A stretch of DNA of 64,000 nucleotides from Amoebophrya sp. A120. Lineage: Eukaryota; Protista; Dinoflagellata. A program made the translations under genes and the position numbers. The stretch covers positions 612,722 through 676,721 of the forward strand of contig CAJINV010000017.1 of the NCBI GenBank assembly GCA_905178155.1. Direction: 5' to 3'. Shown here in pieces: positions 54,566-64,000 of this stretch (position 1 is its first letter; the number at the start of each line of letters is the position of its first letter). Below the pieces are notes generated by a model, which was not told where the DNA came from, did not search any database, and worked only from the letters and a program-made list of their open reading frames with translations.

Positions 54566-57500
54566 ATGCCCGCCCCCCACATATGGCTCGACTCCATTCG
54601 GGAGGCGCGGGCCAACCTGCAGCTCAGCGGCGCAGTGATGGTAGGAGGCGAAACGGAAGATGGGCAAAGGCTGCTGGCGGAGGCCAGGGCGTATTTTTTG
54701 TTTTTGGGAAGATTTGAATTTTGTTGCTCTGCTCGTGCCTCTAGTGCATGACAGACATGACTGGAAATCCCTGTATCGAAACATAACAAATCCTCACAGG
54801 ATCATGGCGCAGAAGCAGGAGGCGAATCCGCCAATAGTCGTTCCGCGTAAAGCACCGGATCGCGTTTGCGTGTGGAGGCCGGGAAGGTTATGGAATGTGG
54901 ATCTGCAAAACCCACGTGCTGTGGCTGGGATGTAATGCTGTAAAGATTTTTAGCGTGGTGCTGGTCAAACAATTCTCTCTGCATTTGTTCAGGGTCTGGC
55001 AGAAGATCCAGGATTGCAGGATCACATCATCTTCAGTGGTGCCCATCTTCCAAACACAACGCTCCGTTGTATCGCGAACACAGGCTGACAGCCACAGTTT
55101 TTGTTTTGCGGCTTGCATTGCATAAGTTCCTCGGGAAAACTTGGTCGACTTGCGGTACTACGTGGATAACGGGAAAGGGCGGGTAGCAGTGTCCGAGAAC
55201 CCATCGTGGTACAGGATTCAACGTCAAATTTTGATGGTTTGTGTGCTGCATAATCCACATTAGGCCTTCAGCATGAGAGAAACCTTTTTTCATGCTCAGT
55301 TTTGCATAGTAGATTCAGGTTGCAAGTACGCAAATTCGAATGTGTATGAGGTACCCCGGCGTCTCATTCAAGAACGGTAATGGCATGAAGCAGGTTCGCG
55401 CAAACAAGCAGGCTCGTGACCTTGACAGTTGGTGCGTCTGCTGGGCGACGAGGGACGAGGAAGGGAAGCCACTGCGACTGGCGCGCCACTTCTACGTGGG
55501 CCAGTTTTACACGAAGAACGACCAGAATTACGATCACGCGAAGAGACGGGCGAGGCAGTTTGCCATTGAATTCCGGAAGGCGAAGGTAAAATGTTGGATA
55601 CGATGGTTTATTTTACCCACGCGGTCGCGATGATATTTATCGTTTTCGAATAATTGTATACGCAGTTGCATAGTGGTAGCGGAGGTGTAGGGCGTCCAGT
55701 TTGTGGACCACCGGAACTACAAGTGGTGAAAAAATGAAAAAAAATTGCAAATACCAGGTAAAAGAATACGACGAAATGACACGAGAAAGGGATTTATGAA
55801 ATCATGAAAAACAACCCCACGATTGGATGTTTCACTGCGATCTCGACCGATGCAGATACTTACATAGTTGCATGCACGAGAGAGACAGTTCCTGTAGCTC
55901 TTCTTCAAGAAAATGCCTGTAAGTCAGCACACTTCGAGAGGCATGACCATCGGTTAGTATGTAGTGAGGTCACCGAACGGTTCTAACCAGGGAGTTTTTT
56001 TGACAGCTACCCTGAAAAACGACCGGCAGTTTTCAAGCGGCCGGAAGCGTTTTTGCACATAAAAAATTTGCACTTATCAAGCGGCCGGGGCTTTGAAGTC
56101 AAACAAGCCCGGTGGAAAACTATCGATTCGCACTTGATAAAACGACGCAGGGGAGCCGGCAAAAGGGGCGCCCTTCTGAGGCGCCCACCGCCTTGATTTC
56201 TGGCGATTTGGGGCGCCCAAAAAGGGGCGCGCAAAGAACGCGCTCAAAATCAGAACAGCGAAACAGCATGGCACGGCCGCGATTTCGGAGCACTTTAGGC
56301 GGCCGCGAAAGCGGCCGCCTTTTCGCCGCTTTCAGAGCCTGGGAAGCTTTGCAAAAAGCGCCGGAGTGAAAAATAAAAACGCGAAAAAGAAAAAGCGCCC
56401 CAGACGCGCAAAGCCAATCCGCATGCTATGGGCCCGATTTTTCTTCGCTTTTTGGGCGCCCCCCGTAGCACCCGGATCGGCCCCATAGCATGGGGGCTGG
56501 CTTTCGGAAAGGAATTTCGGGAATTCGCCAAAATTTGTGACGTTTCTCAAGTGACCGCCATACCGTGCGGCATAACGTTCCTCACGGTGGTATGGCGAGC
56601 CCAAAAAAAGCAAAGCCGCGGCCAAGGCGGCGGTCGGCAAAAAAACGCCCACGACCTCACTACCCCCGCCCCGGCGGCTATATTTCGTACTAGAAGATAC
56701 AGAGGCATGTTGAAGACAAGAGATGAAACTCGTTGACACGACCATTGACAAATCCAAAAAAGTGAAACAACACGTAAAAGAAAATTTCTACTTCCCGTCC
56801 ATACCCCCGGCTGAATTTCGAGCGGCTCCGGGCCCTGGACAAGTTACACCAGTACCGCGCGCCGAGAAACCGCGTCGCCGCACGACAATCCGGGAGGCAG
56901 GGGGTAACGTGGATGAAAACCAGCCAGTCCTGGCAGGTACAACTACGCGTGTGGGATCCCGCGTTGCGGAAGTCGCGCGTGATGAAGCAGTGCCACGTGC
57001 GAATCGCGTTTCCCGACGGAACCACGCAGGAAGACGACGAGGCAATAGAAGCGGCCGTGGAGAAAGCGAGGTTACTGGCAATCGAGATCAGGAAAGAATG
57101 GGAGAGAAGGTAAAGTGAAGACTGCAGTCGTGGTTTCTGCAGCGTGCAAAAAATGTTTATACATTTAAATGCACTTAATCTTGTTTTGATTGTCTCGCGC
57201 ATTTTTGACGCTCCTAGTGTTACAGAAATGAAATTTCCAGAATTATTTGTGATGGAAAAAGCGCTTACACAAACACAACAGGTATCGTGTGTACACGGTG
57301 AAGCACTACGCCCTTCATCCGAGGTATGACGAGAACGGAAAACTGATCGAGGATGAACCGTATGAATTGCAAAAATCCCTGGATGTCTGGAAGAAAGCGC
57401 GATTTGTCATGCTGCTTTTCCATGACCCATGAGGTCTGGAATGCCGGACCTAGCATGACAGATTCTGCGAGACCTTTCTAATGCCTAATATCCTGCATGA

Positions 57501-58350
57501 GAAACTACCTCCCGACTTAGTCAAAATTTGGCGACTTTTGGTAATCATGCAACACAGATTTTTGCATGCTGCAGATTTAGCATGACAAGTTCCTACCCTT
57601 TTGCAAGTTCGATTTTGATTCGTTATTTCTTGTTTTTTAAGATGATGATGATACTTTCTTCTGGTTAGCCCGTCTAAAAAGGGTAATGATCCGCTCCCGC
57701 AGGCAAAAAATTTAGCATGACAAGTTGCAATCTTCCAGACCCAGACACTTTTGCATTTGATAAACCGGAGAACGACCCAGAACACGTGCCCGAAGAATAC
57801 GACCAGTACGGGAACCCGAAACGTCCTGCACAGCAACAACTATCAAATGTAAAAATGTCTGGGTCTGGAAGAATGCAACTTGTGATGCTGCATTTGGATT
57901 CCAGGAAAAATCTGTATTGCGTGAGTACCAGAAGGAATGCAATTTTTGCTACGCGGAGCGGGCATTTGTCATGCGGAATAGGCATCAAAAAGCTCTCAAA
58001 AAATCTGTGATGCTAGGGCATGCATCACAGACATCAGGGCTCATGCAAAACATGCATGACAAGTGTCAGAATCTTCCAGACCCAGACATTTTTACAGTTG
58101 ATAACAACAAGAGCAAGACTTTGCGGAGGCTGAGGCACAAATGAACCTCTTGTTTCCGAACGTCGGGGCCAACTTCATCGCGGACGAGGGAGATCTGCTG
58201 CCCGAGGAGCTCGATGGGTTCGCTGAGGAGGATTTTGAGGACGTAGAGGACGACATTCTGGCCGACGATAATGAGCAACTGGATGGTGCTGGGTTTATCA
58301 GCGAAAGCGATCCAAGCAACCAGGACGCCGATGGTGATGTGATCATGTAA
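54566..58350 (+). CDS. Protein with two AP2-like DNA-binding domains and an acidic C-terminus (ApiAP2-type factor)
   Basis: YPGVSF...DSWCVCW...RHFYVGQF...ARQFAIEFRK and QSGRQGVTWMKTSQSWQVQL...ARLLAIEIRK; exons chain in frame. Confidence 0.7.
55957..56691 (+). mobile_element. GC-rich dispersed repeat copy 2, within a predicted GT-AG intron (55586-56822)
   Basis: Colinear with 12980-13714; GTAGTGAGGTC 55961-55971 / GACCTCACTAC 56653-56663. Confidence 0.8.
57361..57762. mobile_element. Introner, family A (A2 inverted, mixed TIR types, internal insertion), TSD AACCG
   Basis: TATGAATTGCAAAAATCCCTGGATGTCTGGAAG / CTTCCAGACCCAGACACTTTTGCATTTGATA; gives EDEP-ENDPE. Confidence 0.9.
57841..58103. mobile_element. 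Introner, family A (A1), TSD ACAAC
   Basis: Close relative of 39959-40220; gives AQQQ-QEQDF. Confidence 0.95.
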
Positions 58351-59236
58351 AAAGGGACTTTAAAGTTGTCCCGGCCGTCTTCGGCAAAAGGCGTCTGTTC
58401 TTTTCAACACTGCGGAACAATATTACAGAGTTCTTGTTTCTGATTCCTTGAAGATGCGAGTTCTTGTTTGAGAATACGTAGAATTGCGATACTGATGTGA
58501 CCGGAGATGAGACGAGTTTGTTGTACAAAACCCTGATGTACCAAACACACAGCTGTTTCTCGCACGAGTTGTAATAACCATAGCAAACGGTGTACAAACT
58601 GCAGGGGGCGGAGCAATAACACCCGGAGGAGCTGCATCGACGTGGTAGGCCCCGTGTGTAAAAAGTGCAAAATATGAGCACCCTTATGGATTCCATCAGC
58701 AAGAGCAGTGATTCCATTGATCAGGGTACGATGTTCCCTTGTAGCAGTCGTGTTCAGCTTGATGGTCACAGGGGCTGTAAAACACCCGAACTGTGGTTGG
58801 TTTGCCATTTTTTCGCAGCCACTATGTCGGTCCAGATCAAATCGATTGCTGGTGCGATGATGCAAATCATTTTTCTGAGGAGTAAGTACACCGAAAGAAA
58901 AGAAGTATTGAAAAAAACTCCATACTCGGTGAAGTCAAACTGACACGTTTTCAGTGGCTTGCAGGAGGCGTATTTCTCAAGATTCGATTCCGACAGAAAG
59001 GATACTTACCCCAATGTGAAATATCTACGAAGGTATTCGTATTCTACTACTTTCTACTTCGTCGAAAGAACGTGGCCGCCCGCCCCGTCACACCGTAGTA
59101 CTACTAGACCAGATTTCGAAGTTGCAGACACTCGTAGTACCAATCAACAAAATTATCCTCCTCAATACATTTTTCTAAGGTTATTTCCCGCCTTCTTCCC
59201 TCAACATCTACATCTACTCTTCCAAACAAAGTCAAA

Positions 59237-62076
59237 ATGCAGTCGCCTCGGAAAAAGAAGGTTATGGTCAACACTTCTCCGATGGTTTTTCATCATCTCT
59301 GCAGCTCTGTCGCACTGACGGCAACTGTGTGGCTGAGTGCAAGTCCAACCTCGACTTTAATCTCCGCAACGACCTCCTCTTCCTCTTCCAAACGAAGGCC
59401 TGCTTCCAAATCCGCCACTTCTCGAATTCTGCCCAACCCCCTCCAAGAGCCGGAGAAATGTGGGGCGATCAAACAAGGCTATCGGGTGTGCGACCTCGAT
59501 GGGCTGTTTCACCCGATTGAGTTGGAGAGGGTGCAGCACGCAATCACCGTGGCGAGTGGGAAGCCTGGCGCAGATGGTGGGAGGGACGAAAAGGGAGGGG
59601 ACACGAATAAGGGAGAAGATTCTCAAGCCCCCGCTGCCGGAGTAGATCATGCGGCCGACGCAGCTGGTGCCTCGTCATCTGGGGCGGGTAAGGCACCACC
59701 GGACGGGGCAGATGCGCGCAAGGAGGGAGATGCTTGTATCAATCCTTTTCCTCAGTTTATTTTGTCATAGCTTTGTCTCGAACATGTTGTACAAACGGTT
59801 TTCTGGCCGTCCTTTTATCTTTTCACAAATACGAAGAGCCTTTGCATTTTTGCCCTACTCCGAAAACAAACTTGAGGTCGCGGCGTGGAGCTGGCCATCG
59901 CGGTGAGAGAATACGAAGAGGATGCGTCGACCGCCTGCCGGCAAACCATGGACTCCTGGCAGGTCGGGGACAAGCACTGCCAGAACGGCGTCCTCATCTT
60001 TCTCGCGACGAAGTCCCGGCAAGTGCACATCTGCACGGGCAGGGGGGCGAAAAAAACCGTGTTGCCCGACAGGAAGGCGGCGAAGGTGGTGGAGTTGATG
60101 AAGCCTTTATTAAAAGAAGAGGAATACCCCAAGGCTTTGGAGGCCGCTTGCGGCCGGATTTGGCGTTACGTCTTGGATCAGTCCGTCGATGGGAGTAGTC
60201 GTGGTAGTAGTTCTACCGGGGTGGACGAAACCGGATCGGAGGACGAAGATGACAATTGGGTGTTTCTCATCGGGATTTTCTTCTGGGTTGCACTGCTGAT
60301 CTACCGGCACTTCCAGCAGAGCCGGCTGAAGTCGAGTTACGACTTGTGCAAAAAGAAACTGTCGAAATTGCAGCAACAAAGAGCAGAGGCAAATGCGAAG
60401 AAGTAAGTACTTGGTTTAGTCGGTTTTTGTCCTTCATCTTTTCATACTTCTGTGTACTACAATGAATTTTTTTTGCCAACCAGAAAACGTTCATCGATCG
60501 TATCCTGGTCGTGCGATCAGCACTAGTAAGCTATTGAAGATGTTTCTTCATGTCATCATCATCATCATCATCAACCCTCTCAGGTTCGACACGCTGAAGG
60601 GTTCCTGCCCGATTTGCCTGGAAGAGTTCAAAACCGGAAGGAGGACCAGAAAAAAGGGACGACCTCCAGCTTCGACCCACGAGGAGGAGCAGGAACCAAT
60701 AATACAGGAGCTCGACGACCCGGTTGATGTTGAAGGCACCACCAGCACCGCAACTGTGGTCCGCAAGCGGCAGACCCCGGAGAAGAGAAGGAGGAAAAAA
60801 ATCACGGCGGACGTATGGCGTTCTCAAACGTTTTTACATTCTCAACTGTTGCATGAGTTTGTATATGCAAGAATAGCATTGGTGAGAGGGGGAACCTTGC
60901 GCGTCTTGCATTACAGATATGGTGCGAGTTCTAATGCTATTTAGCCCTCCGAGAATTTGTCAATGCGAAGCAGCTGGGTCGTCTGGTGGCTCGTGGTCAT
61001 TTTGCATGACAAATCATGTAACAGCTGAGCGCGTAACATTTGAGAGCCCCATAGGACGGCGACGAAGTGAATGTCGCGGACTACGACAGCGACGACGACT
61101 ATGGATGTGTCAGGATCGAAATCGACAAAATCGAAAAACTTGTGATGCATAAAATGCAGGGCACTCAAGCCCTGTGTTGGGGAGCAGGCAAATGAGACCG
61201 ATTGTGAGCCTGTTTAGGGGTATGCAATGTGCTGCCAGAGTAGCATGGCAGGAGCAGTCTTCTTTGCCCAAACAGCATTACAGACTGGATTTGGATGCTC
61301 CCGAAATTTGTCATGCGCCGCTTGGAAACTGAGGCCCCAACTGGTATCGATTTTATGCATCACAAATTTTTCGACTTTGTCAATTTCGATTCTGACACAT
61401 CCATAACGACGCCTATCTCGTAGAGCCCGAAGACGCGGCGAATGAGGAGGAGGAGGAAGGAAGCCATCAAAGTGTAGGAACTAGTACAAGCAGTGGTGGA
61501 CAACGACAAGGGCACCAGCACGATGCAGACGAGGACCCAGAAGATGCCTCGGATGACGCAGCGGACGAGATCAAAATTCTCACCTGCGGTCACGCGTTCC
61601 ACGCGGCGTGTTTAGACGGGTGGGAGCGGAGCTCTTCCCTCTGCCCGGTGTGCCGCGCCCCGCAAGAGCAGACCTTAGATGCGACCACGGGGCAGCAGAT
61701 TGCGGTGCGCGATACAACTGGGACCACGAGTTCCTCTTCTAGCTCCACGCCCGCGGACATTCTCGCCGGCGCGGTCCCGCAAAGTAGGCAAGTATCGCTG
61801 CACCGCGACTACCTGTTCCGGATGAACCGGTTGCGATTGATGTACCCAGACTACGTCACCACCTCGTTAGTCGACCGCTGGACTGCGCCAAGCTTTTCGG
61901 GAAGCCCGTTGGCAGATGTGGATTTCGTCCGGTCGCAGCCGGGGTTCAACAGCGGTGGGGGAAACAGTAGCAATTTCGGGACGGGGGGAGGAAGTTCTGG
62001 GTCCTGGATGTCGTCCTCGAGCTCCTTCGGCGGGGGGAGCTCGTTCGGCGGCGGCGGGTCGGGAAGCTCGTGGTAG
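59237..62076 (+). CDS. TPM (TLP18.3/Psb32/MOLO-1) domain + TM helix + RING-H2 + Gly/Ser-rich tail
   Basis: TPM-like SWQVGDKHCQNGVLIFLATKSRQVHICTGRGAK; TM WVFLIGIFFWVALLIY; CPICLEEF ... LTCGHAFHAACLDGW...CPVCR; tail SFGGGSSFGGGGSGSSW. Confidence 0.85.
60814..61053. mobile_element. Introner, family E-like, TSD GGACG
   Basis: TATGGCGTTCTCAAACGTT / AACATTTGAGAGCCCCATA; frame restored. Confidence 0.85.
61100..61405. mobile_element. Introner, family D, TSD ACGAC
   Basis: TATGGATGTGTCAGGATCGAAATCGACAAA / TTTGTCAATTTCGATTCTGACACATCCATA; frame restored into the RING C-terminal half. Confidence 0.93.
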
Positions 62077-63363
62077 AAGATTAAGATGGTAATGAAAGAA
62101 TGCTGCAGTTGTGTGCTGTTTTCGAAATCGAAATCAACAAACTCCGCTTCGAGGAGCCACGACGTCTCGTCCCACGACCTGTATCTAAAAAAATAGCGAC
62201 TCATATTCCGGCATTGAATTGGACTGCTTACGGAATCTGTTATGCCCGAACGTCATATGTTACAGAAACATGTTGGGCACCAGATTACCGCCAGCTAGAC
62301 CAGCGAGATGAAGACGTCATTTATCTCAAAAGAGACAGCTTGCTCAAGAAATAGCTCTTGTCTTGCCCGTTTATTCAGTCACGAAACACTGAACAGACTG
62401 CACAAACAGTGGGTTCGTTTATACCCGAACTCGATCTTGACCTTGAACCGAGTTCTTGGGTTGTTCGTGGATCCCCTTGATACCAAACTGTTTGCAATAA
62501 ATCTCAATGTCGTGGCTGCCAAATGTCGGAATCACGCATGCGTTGTGAGACGAGCGTCCGTTTTTACGAAGAAGTGGTCAGCAATCCACAAAAAACCCGA
62601 TCACTAGGAGGTAACGCTACCTTTTCCTTCCGTTGCCGCTTCAAGTTTCTGTAGGTTCTGCCTCCCGGGCGCTTTGCAGGCCCAGTTCTAGATCCCTGTT
62701 GAGATTTTTCCCTCGGAATGTCGGTTTTTTGTGTTTACTTTCATCCTTTCACACAAAAACGGACGTGAAGGTTGACGACTTTCTTTCTTGGGTACTAGAT
62801 ACCGAGCTGCTTCGCTATCAACCACAAGAAACCCTTTACGCATAGCTACTAGAATAGGATCATTGAATTTGAAGCACACCTTCAGGAAAAGAGTATATAT
62901 AATCTCGTCAGAAAAGATAAAGAAAAAGATGAAAACGCGGCGGCTCTCTGTCTCTCCCCCGAGAGCCAAGCGGAAAAAGCGCTGAGGCGTCTTCTCTTGC
63001 ACAGCTTTGCCTATCTGCCAGCTTTGCTGTTGCAGGAAAGATCAGGATTTCGATCTTGCCTCGAGACGGGTTTTTTCCCTCGCAGCTTTGGGCCATCGAT
63101 TAAAGCTGGTTTTGTCCTGCAGTGAGGAAGAGCAAATTTGGTTCTGCGTGCAGGAAGAAAAGCCGGCCACTTAGACGCGAAGGGCCCGCCGCACTTGTTA
63201 TCTGAGAAAAATGGGCATCCTCTTTTCAGCCTTCTCCGGCGGTCGCCGCAAGGACATTCAGCTGCCAGAGTACTGATGATTTGGTTTGTTTCATTAATTT
63301 GTGATCGTGTGATAGGTACATTCTTTGAGTATATGATATCATGCTGAAGGTTCTACTCGAGGA

Positions 63364-64000
63364 ATGGAAACACGAACACCCAGCATCGAAGATGTTCTGA
63401 CCCCCTACTTACCTTTACTAAATTTGTTTCCTCTCCACGACCACAGGGTGTCCGCTCTTCACCTGGAGCTGCTGTCCCTGTACGCGTCTACGGTAACGGA
63501 AATGATGGGACTTCTCTTGCCACTCCCACTAACAATACCTCAAGCTGCCGGGGCGAACAGCAAAAATTCCCCTAACGAGGACACCGACAGTTCAACATCC
63601 GCTTCGGAGAGCGGGGGTAACAAGGGTGGAATAAAGACCAGTACAAACACGACAATACAACAAGCACAAAAACAAATTATCCCGGTCGGCAAGGCGGTGA
63701 AGCAAATTGGCGAGCGCACGTTGAAGCGCAGCGAGGTTACGAATGACAGCGAAGTGTACCGGTTTTTCCACCGGACCAACCGACCACACCTGATCTTCGT
63801 CTGCCACAAAATCCAGGGGCAGCGAACGCCGCTGTTGGATAGCAAAGGCTTGTACACGAAATTCCTCGACGCGGCGCTGAACGTTTGTGAAGTAGTCTTC
63901 TTGCTGAGTGCCGTGCCCTCGGTGGAGTACTTCCACAGACTGTTGTCGGAGCAACCAACCCTGAACTGGCTGTTTCAGAGGAGGAGAATCATACCCATAT
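63364..64000 (+). CDS. Hypothetical protein, runs off the window end
   Basis: Open frame METRTPSIEDVLTPYLPLL... with no stop before 64000. Confidence 0.55.
   Translation, partial: METRTPSIEDVLTPYLPLLNLFPLHDHRVSALHLELLSLYASTVTEMMGLLLPLPLTIPQAAGANSKNSPNEDTDSSTSASESGGNKGGIKTSTNTTIQQAQKQIIPVGKAVKQIGERTLKRSEVTNDSEVYRFFHRTNRPHLIFVCHKIQGQRTPLLDSKGLYTKFLDAALNVCEVVFLLSAVPSVEYFHRLLSEQPTLNWLFQRRRIIPI

Noticed and set aside
54887-55350. AP2-gene intron beginning near TATGG as another introner
   Set aside because: No convincing terminal IR or ATA end, and it can be read as GT-AG
18616-58103. Recurrent peptides in the ORF track (KMSGSGR, CKNVWVWK, FQTQTFLHL, LPDPDIF) as a protein domain family
   Set aside because: They are translations of the family-A TIR in different frames and strands, not real protein sequence
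859-61405. CRISPR array or bacterial REP/IS interpretation of the ~30-bp repeats
   Set aside because: The repeats are dispersed inverted pairs inside eukaryotic intron-containing genes; no spacer array, cas gene or transposase
3376-63958. Numerous minus-strand ORFs
   Set aside because: Antisense shadows of + strand coding or repeat sequence with no recognisable domains
1-64000. Autonomous transposase for the introners
   Set aside because: No DDE, tyrosine-recombinase, Rep/helicase or RT ORF recognised in the window

Overview
Eukaryotic, intron-rich genomic DNA with about 17 protein-coding genes, all on the + strand. The unidirectional gene array and intron style suggest a dinoflagellate-lineage alveolate such as the syndinian parasite Amoebophrya (inference, not verified). 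Recognisable genes: an EF-hand protein, AP-5 beta-1, EMC6, a helical-repeat/RAP-domain protein, a cyclic-nucleotide-binding-domain ion channel, an ankyrin protein, a GDT1/TMEM165-like transporter, a two-AP2-domain protein, a TPM+RING-H2 protein and a cluster of secreted Cys-rich proteins. The dominant signal is 21 short (185-402 bp) MITE-like elements, plus degenerate ones, in at least 7 TIR families. Each starts TAT, ends ATA, has terminal inverted repeats and a 5-bp target-site duplication, and sits inside a coding sequence. Removing the element plus one TSD copy restores the reading frame in every case, although almost none can be read as GT-AG. These are non-canonical 'introner' introns that work in both orientations and share an internal TGT(C/G)ATGC motif across families. 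Also present: a 1-kb TIR intron of another type, a two-copy ~735-bp element with asymmetric subterminal IRs, a truncated non-LTR retroelement with a (TAA)n tail and 14-bp TSD, and a perfect 141-bp direct repeat. All coordinates were counted by hand and exon boundaries are predictions.
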